A stretch of DNA of 64,000 nt, from positions 45,260,001 through 45,324,000 of the forward strand of contig NC_043003.1 in the NCBI RefSeq assembly GCF_006345805.1. The letters run 5' to 3'. The translations under genes were made by a program, and so were the position numbers. The stretch is from Octopus sinensis (Eukaryota). Positions 38,345 to 51,998 of the stretch are shown here, piece by piece (position 1 is the first letter of the stretch; the number at the start of each line of letters is the position of its first letter). Below the pieces are notes generated by a model. That model was not told where the DNA came from and ran no database searches. It saw only the letters and a list, made by a program, of their open reading frames with translations.

Positions 38345-38580
38345 TTGTATATATTTATGAGTGTGTGTCTTTGTCTCCTTGTTTGTTCCCCACCATCGCT
38401 TGACAACCGAAGTTGGTGTCTCCCCGTAACCTCACGTTTCGGCCGAAGAAACAGATAGAATAAGTTATAGGCTTATAAAGAATAAGTCCTGGGGGATCGA
38501 TTTCTTTGACTGAAATGCACTTTGAGGCGGTCCTCCAGCAGGCCGTAGTCAAATGACTGAAGCAAGTAGAAGAACAAAGT
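38155..38580 (+). mobile_element. SINE-A, diverged near-full copy
   Basis: Both modules present, with internal (TA)n. Confidence 0.85.
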
Positions 38581-38581
38581 A

Positions 38582-38644
<63 letters not shown>

Positions 38645-38801
38645 CGGGAAGCTTTATGAAAATAAACAAAAGACGAAGGCAGGTGGAATATAAACAAACA
38701 ATTGTATTCGTTTTCTCTTGGTGTCTCTATCAATCTGTGTGACGTTTCACCGCCTTTACATAGACACTTATATATGAGCGTGTGGCGGTGTATTTGTGTG
38801 C

Positions 38802-38847
<46 letters not shown>

Positions 38848-39721
38848 ATGTATGTATGTATGTATGTATGCATGTATGTATGTATTTATGTAATGTGACG
38901 ATCTCATTAAAGATTTCTTCATCTCATTGCTTAAATCCCGCATCAGTATACCCGCAAGTCACAATTTTCAGGAAATATTTGGCGTCAAAGAATGTCTCAA
39001 AACTTTCTCATGATTTTACGCCTCCGTTCAATTTATCTACATTCTCATTTCATTTTGTTGTTCTCTTTTAAGTGATCTACTTCATATGTAATGATTGCGC
39101 CTGGCTTGTATTTTAAGTTAACTGCCCGTTTCCTACATATTATACAACTTCAGTCAGTTCAAATTTAAATCCATTTGCCAGCACATATTTGAAGAATTTA
39201 TATGACACGAAGAACGAAAATACCCTTCCATTCGAATTAAGTTTCCAGCTTTGATTTCATCTGTCATGATGCCAAAAAACTGAGTGTGTTGTTAAAATGC
39301 TTGCTTCGGAAATACATCGTTTCGGAAATGATGGTATATCATACAGCATTTTAGTCAACATCCTGCGTTTTAATAACATTTTTTAATAGACTTTACAGTC
39401 CACAATCATTTATTACACTGATTGCTCATTTACAAATAGAAAAGCAGACAGACAGACTGACAGAAGAAACACACACTAATGTGTATGAGTGCGTGTGTGT
39501 GCGTGTTTGTGTGCATATACATAGATACATATATTCTTATATAGTAGTTAATAAATAGTGAGGTATATAATTAGTAGTTTGTCGGTAAAGCACGTTCACT
39601 GACTCAGTGTCCGTTGGATATTTGATCAGAGAGAGACAGAAGATGGAATAGACGAGAAATGTTATTGATCACTGCAGTCGTTTGAACCTATTTAGCGTGG
39701 ATCCCTCGCGGTTGAGATACT

Positions 39722-39828
39722 GCACAACAGTTTTAGCAGTTTTATGCGTATCACTCGGTGGTGATGTGTTTCCTCAGATGATTTTAAGAGGTATCTCGTT
39801 AAAATAAACTCTGTTTCGCACAACATGG
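39722..39828 (-). repeat. Inverted copy of a putative Penelope pseudo-LTR unit with hammerhead remnant
   Basis: 39772-39817 is the reverse complement of 41440-41485 at 44/46 nt. The minus strand has CAT-CTGAGGA...atcac/gtgat hairpin...AAAAC...TGTTGTG. Confidence 0.55.
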
Positions 39829-39952
39829 TTACTTCTTGTGCTTTGTAACTAGAACTGTCAAACTGATGGATAATGCTTCATATTGAAGATCAATGACAAA
39901 AATAGATATACAATAAAGCGAAAGAAATTATTTCATACAACCTTTAGCAAAT

Positions 39953-40480
39953 ATGAATGAAAATCACCTGCAGACATCACATCTTCATGCTAACAAGAAT
40001 AAGAACATAAGCAAAACTAAAACGGTGTTGGAAAATGAAACCAGCAGAGTCACCGATGCGACAAAATCTAATAAAAGTTCATGCAGAGATAAAACAAAAT
40101 ACCCACTGATGAATCGCTGCATGAGTACCAATGTTGTATATAAATGCAGCATGTGCACAAGTGGTGACCCATATGTTTACATTGTTGCAACGGCAGATTT
40201 GTTCACGAACCGATGTCGAAACTATGTCGCCAGTTTCAATAAAATCAGCAAGAGACACCCGACAACTTTAGATAATTTTCCTTGGCAACTTAAAGACAAT
40301 AAGTTCAAATATGATCTCACTTGGTCCATAATAAGACATGCACAGCCATACAATGACATTTTTATGAGGTACAGGCTATGCTCTTAAGAATCGCTTTGCA
40401 TTTTGTGGACCAGGGAGAGGCTCATTAATACAATTTCAGAATGACTAACAAGATCGTATTCCTGCTAGTAAATGCACTTT
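39953..40480 (+). pseudogene. Penelope-like element GIY-YIG endonuclease remnant
   Basis: SCRDKTKYPLMNRCMSTNVVYKC...VYIVAT...F..R..N...SF...TTL...W.LK...LTWSII...QPY...RLCS*ESLCIL follows the C-terminal GIY-YIG layout of PLE ORFs. Key residues are degenerate and stops are present. Confidence 0.8.
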
Positions 40481-41103
40481 CGCACAATACGGTAGAAAAG
40501 AACTATATCATCAGAGACAACACTGCATGGAATTCTTGCTGTGAAGTTGACATTTTGCTGTTTCATTATTATATTGTGTGATATCACTTGTCATGTCTTC
40601 TGATATATAACATTTTTGTGCCTGTGTGTCCGATTTATCTACATGTACTCACATGGCTGTGTATCCACGAACAATTATATACATCTATATTAATGTTCTT
40701 ATACACTTATACAGATTCGCAAATATCTATGTATAGAAATGTGTTTAAGTGTATGTATGAGCGCTTAAACCCACCAGGATGCGGCTATAGACGTATGCTA
40801 ACGCGCCAATGAAAACCCAGCATGGCCGTAATCAAATAACTGAAACAAGTAAAAGGATAAAAGAGTATAGTTATATGGGCACGACTGTGTGAATATGTTT
40901 GTGTGTACATATACATGTAGGAATATACGCTGGACTGTGTGGATATGTGCGTGTGAGTGCCTATGTTTAAGTCGGTATTTATGAGTGTAAAAAACGCGAT
41001 AATAATACCCGAGCCAGACTCAGCGGAGAGCAGCACAGAATGTGTAACTCCTCACATCACTGGCACCGAGTTTATTAATACCTATTTAATTCCTCGTGCG
41101 ATC

Positions 41104-41250
41104 GTGTGTATGTGCACCAGACTGCGTGCGTGTTCGTTTGTATGTACCTATACGTTTGTATTAAGAGTGTGTATGTGCACCTGACTGCGTGCGTGTTCGT
41201 TTGTATGTACCTATACGTTTGTATTAAGAGTGTGTACGTGCACCAGACCC
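41104..41250. repeat. 63-bp minisatellite, about 2.3 copies
   Basis: Units start at 41104, 41167 and 41230 and are nearly identical. Confidence 0.95.
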
Positions 41251-41476
41251 CGAGTGTGTGAGCGTTTGTATATTTATATCTACTAACAATTATATGTAAT
41301 ATTTATTTTCGCTTTATTATATATTTGCATCTTTTTGCATTTAATTTTTGTCATTGATCTTCTATAAGATTGAAGCAGTATCAATTTTCCATCTCTATCT
41401 ACGAAGCCGAAGAATTAAACATGTAGTAATAAGTTGGGTGAAACAGAGTTTATTTTAACGAGATACCTCTTTAAAT

Positions 41477-41525
41477 CACCTGAGGTGACACGCCTATACT
41501 GAGGGATACAACGAAACATGTTGTG
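41477..41525 (+). ncRNA. Degenerate minimal type I hammerhead motif in putative pseudo-LTR
   Basis: CAC-CTGAGGT-(26 nt, G...C closing)-GAAAC-AT-GTT-GTG. Stem I is CAC/GTG and helix III is the palindromic AACATGTT. A9 is mutated and stem II is decayed. Confidence 0.45.
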
Positions 41526-42759
41526 CTGCATCCCACCTGCGAAGATGGGTCGAAAAGATTGTAGAGACCAATGAAGATTCTTGTATATTCCATCACTGTG
41601 TTTCTCATTAATTATATACGTATATGCATACATACAGTCTGCGTGTGCCCCACTCTGAAACTGTGCTTTTGCGTGTTTGTGGTTGTGTGTGTGTGTGAAT
41701 ATATACATGCGTACATCTATATACATATATATATTCGTGTGTGTGCGTTCAAACATGCTTAGTCATCGTTGTAAGACGCAAGCAGTGGCTAACAAAAAGA
41801 AAGTGAGAAACCTGTGCTTTATTGTTTTCCAAACACCTTTACGATGTTTATCCTGCACCGAGTTACCACAAATCCCTTATTTGTCACTACCTCAGAAATT
41901 CGATAAGAAACTGATTAACCAAATGGATATATTTAACCAAAAATGTTAATTTGTTTGATTTCTGATATAAAAATAATAATAGACAATGCAGTAAATTCCC
42001 GAATTTACTTCACAACAGCTTGACTTTCTACTTCAGGACACAAAATAGTTTAGACTTGAAAAGCTATTGAGTCTTTTGCGTTAACATGTTTTATAATTAA
42101 GCCCTCCTTCATAAGACGTTATAATTTCGCACAAATGTTTAACTGCATAGGCCATCTATTTATATTGAAGCTACCTGTCTGACTAGTACAAAATTTCTCA
42201 TCAACAAGTGTCCAACACTCATCCACATGCTTGCTGTATACGTCATTCCTTTTTTCTGTTTTTCTCCTACAAACATTTTCTCCCCGTAATACTGTACCCT
42301 GCTCATCTATCCCTTCAGCCCTGTTGGGAGTCCATACGCGGTCATTCAACGTAATATCCAAAGTGGTTATATCAGATTTCACACTCCTGTCTTAAAAGTG
42401 GAAGGTTATATTACATATTAAGATGATAGGTATATCGAACAATGGAAAGCGTTTGATTGTATACCTCTTGGTTCATTAGTCCAAGTGTGCCTAATCACAG
42501 CAGCTGCAACAACAAATAATCCTCTTTGCGAAAGCATCACCAAAAACTGCAACAACAATGGTAAAAAAAAGTAAACGTAGGGGTCACTCACGAGTGATAT
42601 GGTCATGCTAACAGGTACCATACTTTTCTTAGTTGCTATGGATTCTTAAAGAGATTTAGACATCCTTTGGACCATCCTATGCATTGACCCAGAGGAAAAT
42701 CCTAGTTCGGAGAGGTGGATCCAGAAAATTTCAAAACTAGTCCGGTATTTGTTGTAGCT

Positions 42760-42890
42760 GAGTTCACCAGAGCAAGATAAAATGAAATACCTTGCTCAAG
42801 GCCACAATTCACAGACTGATAGAGCAATCGAACGCACGACCTCATGATCTTGAGTCGATCATCTAACTACTAGGTCCAGTGTCTTCTCAA
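42760..42890 (-). mobile_element. SINE-C-like head fragment
   Basis: ccttgctcaaggccacaa...aatcgaacgcacgacctcatgatc...ctaactactag resembles the reverse complement of the family C head. Confidence 0.55.
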
Positions 42891-44854
42891 CATCAACTGT
42901 TACGGTTCCTCTCCCCTTTCTTAATTTCTGTATCGCGATCACTCATAATTAAGTGATTTCTCTACCCTATCCCATCCTTCCTCTTAATGTCTCAACAAAA
43001 TCCTCACATTGATCCGTTCATTTATACACTGTAATCATATATTAATAGAAATGTATCGTTGTTACTGTATACTTAACGACAGTTCTTTTTCTTTCTTTAC
43101 CTCTTCCAATACATTAACTGGAAACTGTTGAAACCAAGCATGATTTGCAACATATTCAGCAGTCTTGCAAAGAAAGCAATCAATATATTAATTATATTCA
43201 TGATATTTATTAGAATTAACACAGTATTTATTAATTAATTAATTATATGTCCAACAGTTCACATATTAACCAACCACCAATTGGAATATTTACAAATTAT
43301 CAAGAACATACTTAGCTCCAAGGAATTCTTTATCAGTTTTCTATGGATGTTTATATCCTTCATCATCGTCTCTAATCTGCAAATGGAATTACGAGAAATT
43401 TTTACGGATTTATATTAGCCTGCTTTCTTGAATAGATAATTACTGTTATCAACGATATACGCTGTTGCAGAATATACATGTCTTTAACTCTATCACGACA
43501 ACAACAAAAAAATGAATTTGATGTTTTTTCTGATCTTATACTTATTTGTTCCATTTTAAATCGTTTTTAATAAACAATACTGTTCTTAGTCTCCCAGTTT
43601 GTAGCTAGCTAATCGCTTCTTTTACTGCATTTATGGCGGTAGGAGAAACAAGGCAGTTGGTGGGGGAATTATCGTTCCGTCAAGAACAAAATATCACGAA
43701 GGACCTCGCTTCAGAAGCGGCGGGTTGTTGGTCTTAATGGATATAATTACATTAGAACTTGAATAATTAACATTACGATGAATAGGCAAATGTGCATGCG
43801 CACACACACAAGCGCGCACTGTTTCTCCCTCTCCCCCTCTCTCTCTCTCTCTGTCACTGACGCATACGCTTTCTCTTTTCACACAGACACACAAACACAC
43901 GCACACAAATACATACTTTCGCGTATACATACGCATGTACGTACCTATACACATCCATATGTACATATAGGGGCGGATTCTACAGTTTCCATGAAGCATA
44001 TTCCACTTTCAAATTGCGGTTATGGTAACCTAAAGCGCAGCACTGCTAGATTGAACACAGTAACACATCTTGAGGAGGGCATTTCTTAACTATCCTCCAT
44101 CTTGTACATTCTTTGTAACAACCAGTCACTCCCGTGTCATCACCTCTGATTTTTTTCGTTTTTCTTTTTCCTTTTTTTTTTTTGTTTTGTTTTGTTCTGT
44201 TTTGTTATTTTCATAAGACCTCGTCTGACCCGCAGCTGGAAACAGACTTAAAACTAGAATATTAAAAAAATTTACATGTCACTGCTCTGAGTTCAAATTT
44301 CACAAAAGTTTCTCTCTCTACCTCTCCCTTTATTTCTGTCTTTCTTTCTTATTCTCCCCCTTCTCATTTTCCTCTCCCTTTCTCTCTAGTATTTGTTTAC
44401 TTCGAAGATATATTTGATTTGTATCACAGGGTATCAGAAGGCGGTAAGTTAGCAATTTCGTTAACTCGCTGGATACAATTGTTTTGTTTATTTGTTCCAA
44501 ATCTGCACTCAAAGTTGAACTCCAACAAATGTTGGCTTTGTAGTTCAGCCTCTCAGAATCGATGAGAAAGTACCAGTCCAACAAGGCCCCTAAAGGCGGA
44601 ACTGCTCTGAGTAAAGCTGTTTGCGTTCTCACATCATAGAACTTGCGACGGCACCGGTGCCAAGTCAGGGATTTTCATTCGAATAACATCGGTAGAGACA
44701 GGAGACTTGCACACATACTTGCGTCTACTTCACTTTATCCTGCCAATTTCTGCAAATATATGTGCAGATGAATGGTTGTCTCAGACTGACAGAGACTTGC
44801 AAATAGAATGCACTTGAACGAACATTCCCATGATTCAATGCCTTTCAGTCAACT

Positions 44855-45082
44855 TACTCTCTTTACTCTTTTAGTTGTTTCACTCATTTGACTGTGGCCA
44901 TGCTGGAGCAGCGCCATTAGTAGAGCAAATCGATCCTAGGACTCATTCTTTGTAAGCCTTGTACTTATTATATGTCTCTTTTGCCGAACCGCTAAGTTAC
45001 AGGGACGTAAACACATCAACATCGGTTGTCAAGCGATGGTGGGGGAACAAACATAGACACACAAACACACAGACACACACAG

Positions 45083-45151
<69 letters not shown>

Positions 45152-45296
45152 ACGGGCTTCTTTCAGTTTCCGTCTACCAAATCCACTCACAAGGCTTTGG
45201 TCGGCCCGAGGCTATAGTAGAAGACACTTGCCCAAAATGCACTGAACCCGGAACCATGTGGTTAGTAACCTACGTACCACACAGCCACTCCTATAC
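44855..45296 (-). mobile_element. SINE-A, full-length
   Basis: Reverse complement of both modules, with internal (CA)n(TA)n. Confidence 0.92.
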
Positions 45297-46599
45297 TATT
45301 TTTTTTTTTTTGTAATTCTTTTTTCAGTTTTTTTACCATGACACGGAGACATAACTGACATGCCTAGAACTAATTCTATTCAATGTTACTCCAGCCTTTT
45401 AATACAGCTTTGTAATTCCAGTGACTTTGGCAAAGAACGATCATGAAGTGTTTCACCTGTTGGTACATTTACTTATATGTAGCTATAATGTTCCATAACT
45501 AAAGTCGTGTAGCTAAATATAAATGGTACACGTTGTTGTTGTTGTAGGCGGCAGTGGTGGTGGTCATCGTCGTCGTCGTCGTGGGCCGTGATTTTACTGA
45601 CCATTGATTAATGACGTTATAGTAATGATCGTCTTGTCGTTTTAGATTTTAGGACTACATCGCCCAATGTTTCCTTTCCTTTCCCGTGAAGTAAAGAATC
45701 GTTTTAGGAAAATTTGACTGTTACTTCTAACTGGTCGATTAATAACGGACAGGCTTTTTCGTTAATTGATAGTAAATATATATTGTTGTTATTGTTAACG
45801 TTGTTGTTAATCCCAATAAACAGGCACATTGTCCTAGTTATTCTAGCAGTAACCACCCAACTTTTGTTCTGTTCTGCATGAACTCCTGGAGTCCAATACG
45901 CAAACTACACATTTTTTATGAGACGATGATGTGTTATTTGAGGATGAATTAGTTGCTATTTTAAGCATATCGAGAACTACATAGACGTTTCCCAGTAAAC
46001 ATGTAAATTATGTGTTTTCATAGCTTAACAAAATAACTAGGAATGTTTGACAGAGGATGGTAATTTCATTAAATCAGTTTCCTATGTAAGTCTATTCATC
46101 TAGGAATGTGATTAATGACTATTTATGTAGTCACTGGAATAAACATATGACAAAACGAGGAAACCTCTAAAGAGTAGCTAAGTAAGCTAGAAATAGCAAT
46201 CATGATTTATACAAATCACATCCTACTAACATAAATGACTGTATAAATTTGTAAACATTTTATATGCAACCAATAAGGCTATGTTAATTGTTGAGAAGTT
46301 AAACTGGAAGGAACAGTGAATCATATTTACCCCAGGAAAAACTGGAGCTTCTTTTGTCAAACATCAAACACACAAGGATAAAAAGACAAAGTCAATCAAG
46401 AAAGGACTGAAACGCAGAAGTAAAGAGCCGTAACTAAATATAACAAGAAATTTTATCTGATGCTCCTACAATACTGATAATTTACCGTCCCTGTGACCAC
46501 ATAGATATTGTAATAACAGCCTATAACATACACACAAAGCCTGGTATTAGGTGCAAGAGAAAAAGTCAATATTATCGTTCATGATACCTGACTTAGTTT

Positions 46600-47075
46600 T
46601 TTTTTTTTTTATCGACCCAGGAGTGATAAGAGACGAAGAAAACAATACTGGAATTTGAAATTAGGTGGTAAAGAGAACGAAACAAATGCCGCTTTAACGA
46701 TTCTTCCACCCCCCATCATTTTAATAATAATGGTTTGTAATTTAAGCATAAAACTAGTAATTTTAAAGGCGGGAGAATCAGTCGGCATCGTGACCTTAGT
46801 TGTGATTGGTGCTTTATCTTATCGGTGTTAGAGGGGTGAAAATATAGAACCGAAAAAATTAAATTTTCTAATTGTGTGACAAGGCCAGTAATTTTGAGGG
46901 AAGCGGGGAAATTCGATTATATCGACCCAGTAAGCAACTATTATTTATTTTATCGATCCCCAAAAAGATGAAAGGCAAAGTCGACTTTGGCGGAATTTGA
47001 ACTCAAAACGTAAAAATTGTACGAAATGCCGCTAAGCATTTTGCCGGCGTGCTAACAACTTTGACAGATCGGCGT
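46600..47075 (-). mobile_element. Cluster of SINE-B-type fragments (alternative tail)
   Basis: The best copy is 46870-47075 (gatgaaaggcaaagtcgactttggcggaatttgaactc...gccggcgtgctaac), with weaker pieces upstream. Confidence 0.7.
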
Positions 47076-47338
47076 CATTAAAGAGTTGAAAGAAATAATG
47101 CAACGCAATTATCCTCGAAAGATTATGTCAATCCTCTTAGCATTAAGTTGCTACAAGTCGCTTAGATGAAAAAACTACGAGAGATGAGTTTATATCGCGA
47201 CCCTGCACATCCCCTCTCATCGTATATCTCATTCGTGTATAAAACGAGTTCATCAGTTAACTGAAAATTCTATATCAAGCTGCTGCATGCTTATGCGACT
47301 AGCTACAATATAATTTAAGTTGCAGTTAACATTTAAAA

Positions 47339-47756
47339 TAGACGTAGGAGTGGCTGTGTGGTAAGTAGCTTGCTTAACAACCACATGGTTCCGGGTTCAG
47401 TCGCACTGCGTGGGACCTTGGGCAAGTGTTTTCTACTATAGCCTCGGTCCAACCACAGCCTTGTGAGTGCATTTGGTAGATGGAAACTGAAAGAAGCCCG
47501 TCGAATATATGTATATATATATATATATGTGTGTGTGTGTATGTGTGTGTGTGGTGTGTGTGTGTCTGTGTTTGTCTCCCCAACATCGCTTGACAACCGA
47601 TGCTGATGTGTTTACGTAACTTAGCGGTTCGGCAAAAGAGACGGATAGAATAAGTAGTAGGCTTACAAAGAATAAGTCCTGGGATCGATTTGCTCGACTA
47701 AAAGGCGATGCTCCAGCATGGCCACAGTCAAATGAGTGACACAAGTAAAAGAGTAA

Positions 47757-47757
<1 letters not shown>
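47339..47757 (+). mobile_element. SINE-A, full-length
   Basis: Both modules present, with internal (TA)n(TG)n and a tail caagtaaaagagtaaa. Confidence 0.92.
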
Positions 47758-47791
<34 letters not shown>

Positions 47792-48273
47792 ACAGTGACA
47801 TCTACATACACTTATACCGACCTCTCTGTTCACACACAAACACATGGCTATACAAACATAACCACATGCATGTTAGCACGCATACATACTTACATCTCAC
47901 TAGCTAAATGCAGCATACGTTAAAAACACCTTAACAACCAACTGTACTCACTAGCATTACTAATGCACAGACTACCAGATCACAAACTCAAAGTACCACC
48001 TGTCATAACCGAAACATTCATAAATACACACACATCAAACGTTACCCATGTATCCACAGGAGCTCGCTTACTGAAACGTCCAAGCTGTAAATTATTATCA
48101 GTGACATTGTCATCAGGATCAATGTAGCTAATGAAACTCCTAATATCTAGGCCGGCAATATTTAACTATACATAAAACCATTAACGACTGATATAGGAAC
48201 TAAACGCCAACAATAACTGCGACAACCTAATATGCGTAGTATTATTGTGTTTGTATCCCTGACTGCGGTTGTA

Positions 48274-49326
48274 AACGTGGGTCAGATAAAACTTCCATAG
48301 GCTAACCAAGATACTCTCATGGAATGTGACCAAATGAGACCTATTTTAAACATAATCCCCCCACCCCTGTGGTCTTCGCACTTCTTCCATCGGTGTCGCA
48401 CTGCTTGGATAACATTGATGAAGAAACTTTCTTCCTGTAGGTCAAAAAAGTCAACAGCTAATCCGACGCCATCATATCTGCGATACTTATTACCAGCAAG
48501 TGTTTCTTTCTTTTTTTAATTTTGGGGAACAGACGATAGCCAGAGGGCCAAATCAGGAGAGTAGAGAGGGTGATCAACCAGTTCAAAGTTACAGTCACGC
48601 ACAACGGCCATTGAAACCGAGGACCTGTCTCCGAGGGCATTGTCCTGATGAAATAAGACCCCATTCGTGTTTTGTCTTGGTAGCCTTTTGTAGCTTCCTG
48701 TTTTTCTCTTTATCCCTTTCAATACATCAACTCTTCTTGTATTGAAAGGAGTGATATGATCAGATAGGGGTTTTTGATCAGGTGTCAGAAGATGTGGTAC
48801 CCACCGAGCATACACCTTCGCAAACCAAGTTCACTGCGCAGAATATTCTCAACTCTCTAACGGCGTATGCTAATTGCATTGGCTATTTGATTTATAATCA
48901 CTCGTCTGTTATTTCTCATTATGCTGTGAATATGATCAATGCTTTCCTCGATAACGGTAGCTGCTGGACGCCCAACCCTTGGGTAATCTTGAAGACTCTC
49001 CCTTCCTCTCATAAATTCAGTCACCTTCTTTTGCACTGTTGATAAAGCTGGAGCGTGATCTCCTAGCATATCAAGCATGTTAGCAGGAATTTCTTTGGGG
49101 GCAAAAGCCTTTTCTTTCTGCGGGTACTTGGCAAGACTTCGAACCGAAATTTTATCGATTTTCAAGAGAAGTCGATATATGTTATATTTTAAGTCTTTTT
49201 TGAACAGTCAGCTGTCAGTTTAAATGGAACGAAATGGCGGATAAGGGCTGAAATTACTGCATACAAGATTTCACAGCTCCAACAACATTCATTCATAGTT
49301 AGCGAACGAATTTTTTGGCCCACGTT
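48274..49326 (-). mobile_element. mariner-family transposon, decayed and internally deleted
   Basis: WVPHLLTPDQK, GVLFHQDNA, HPLYSPDLA and the C-terminal RWKKC...GDYV motifs. The N-terminal HTH ORF is 48857-49165. Imperfect TIRs are aacgtgggtcagataa (48274) and ttttttggcccacgtt (49311-49326). Confidence 0.9.
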
Positions 49327-50674
49327 CATTTACTGATCAAAAATTAAATAAAAACGGTTTTCTATAGCAGCTTCACTCTGCGTCGCATAATTTAGCAGTG
49401 TCACAAAACATGGTTATGAAATAAGTACTTGATTTTAATAAATGAGTACTCTACTTATATTTATATATAGTAACTGCGTTGGGTATAATCTTTTAATTAG
49501 CACTACCACAGCTACAACGTTATAGTTGGTGTCGATAATTACAGTGACGGAGTTAATAATTCTATAACTTACATAATTAATATTTCTGTAACAGTCAGTT
49601 AAGAAATTGATTATAACCGCGTAGTATAACTGATCCGACCTATTTACGCAATATTGAAAACCAAATTCTTATAAACTACGTCCTACCACTTAAAAAGAAC
49701 ACAGTGGACTTTGTAGTCCAGAACAAAAAGAAATACAAACAGAAAGTGGTAATTAGAGCATCTTTGATCAGAGATATGCTTGATCAGCATTCATTGAATA
49801 ATATAGTCCTTGTTTCACAGCACTGAGAAAAAGAAGACGGTCATGGATGGCATGTCTTTGGGAATATGTTTACCCTATCGTGTTTGACTTGGAGCCAAAC
49901 AACAATCTGCACTAGCATGGCTGCAGCACCCGAGCTAAAACTTGTTTTAAGAGTTAAAGGGTTAATAACAACAGCCAGAGGAACTTTGCGTAGTTGCTCC
50001 ATCAGCTAGAAATAGCAGCTACAATACTCTCCTATCGCACATCAATGTCCTAGATGGGAGTAAGGAAAGCAAAAGGGTATAATGGTTATTGTAGTCGTAG
50101 ATACAGTGTTAAAGATGTGATGGCCATGAATGGAATGCCTTTGTTTATAGGTTTGCTCATTCAGGGTTGACCAGAATATAAGCAGCAATAAGAGCAACAA
50201 CAACATCAACAACAGAAGCAGCTGCGAAAACAAAAATGATCGATAGCAACAAAACAACAGCAGTTAAACAACAACAACACCAACGACAAGTAAAAAAAAA
50301 AACTTTTGTTTGTTAATTTACATGAAAATAAAATGTTGACGTCATCAATAAAACATGTTATATTTGACAATATTCAGATTTGAAACTGTTGGTAACCGAA
50401 CTGCTAAACATCAAATAACTTTAAAAAGCGGTTATAGCTGGGTGATTGTGTGGAGTGAGCATATAGGTACAATTAGGTGTCGGCGAGGGTGGAGTGAGAG
50501 TGTTTCGGGTTAGGTCGGTGGTGTTTAGCGGACGTGATCTACTGGGCAATGTATTGGCAATGCTAGCGAGAACAACAGAGTGTTTGAAGTAAATTGGAGG
50601 TGACTGGTAAGGTTTGGCCATGTGTGCGGGCATGCGTGGTCTGCATGTGTGTGTGTATGTGTATATGTATATAT

Positions 50675-50722
<48 letters not shown>

Positions 50723-51940
50723 ATATATGCATGTGTGCGTGTATATGTGTGTATGTGCGCTTGATTGTGGTGAACGCGTATATCTAAAAATATGTATATA
50801 TATATGTTTGTATGTATCTTTCTGTCAAGGCGTGTATGTTGTGTTTATGAAAGTTTGTATATGCGTGGAGTACAATGCTTACGCTTGTATTTATACACGC
50901 GTTTGCATGTAAGTGCCATTTACTGTTTAATAAAGTTTGTATATATAAAGGAAGAAATGTAACATGCTTGTGTATGTAAATGTGTTTGTGACAACTTCAG
51001 AAGTGTTTGGCTGTATGTGGAAAGGTGCGTTTGAGAATGTGAGCGCAAGTGTATGTATGGGTGTGAAGACAGAGTGCGTGTGTGAGCGTATGTGCGTGCC
51101 TTTGAGTGTGTGTATGTGTGTGCGCGTGTGTGTGCGTGCATGTGTGTACAGATCTCTGTCTTGTAAAAGTTGAAGAAGTGCAGAGGTGCACATCTCTGTA
51201 GATATGTCTGCAGGAGGTCTTTACGTGCGGTACTATACATTTATGTGCATATGTGTGTGGATACGTGAGAGTGTGTGTGCGTGCTTGCGCGCGTGTGTCT
51301 GCGTGTGTTTGCATGGTTGTGCGTGCTTATGCATACGTCTGCTCTGTATGCGTGTAAAAACACGAATTTCTGTATGTGGGGGGTTTATACGTATGCAGAA
51401 GTGTACGCATACGACCAAATAGTTAGGGTGCAGATGTAAGAATAATTGTTGTACGTTTATAATTCATGCGTATATGTGCCGTGCTGTTAATGTAGATATG
51501 CGTAGTGGTTTAATCGTGAGTGTTTGTGTATGCTTGTGTACGTGTGTGTGTGTAGAAGTCTATTTCTCATGTGTATGTGTTCAGAATATTTCTTACGTGT
51601 TAGCATCGAATTACTCGAGTGTGAGTGTTTGTATGCAATGTGTACATGTTATGAAGAGCCGCACTTATGATTGGATATCTGTTTCGATATGCATGCAAGT
51701 GCCCGTGTACAATCATAAATGAGTATGCATGCATGTTCATACACACACACACACACGTATGTATGTATATATATATGTATGTATGTATTATGTATGTATG
51801 TATGTATGTATGTATGTTTGTATGTATGTATGTATGTATGTATGTATGTATGTATTATGTATGTATGTGTGTATGTATGTATATGTATTTACATATATTT
51901 GTATGGCTGTATGCTTCTAACGATATACATATATATGAAT

Positions 51941-51998
<58 letters not shown>

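Noticed and set aside
38735-38772. GAAACGTC with GTGT/ACAC stem on the minus strand as a hammerhead
   Set aside because: The CUGANGA core is absent (CTATGTA) and there is no stem II.
40470-40520. CTGATGA...CGAAA on the minus strand just after the GIY-YIG remnant
   Set aside because: It is antisense to the element, stem II relies on G-U pairs, and stem I does not form. Likely chance.
42119-42382. ORF 42119-42382 as an RTE-type LINE C-terminus or host exon
   Set aside because: Only vague similarity (NDRVWT; ECWTLVDEKFC), too weak to annotate.
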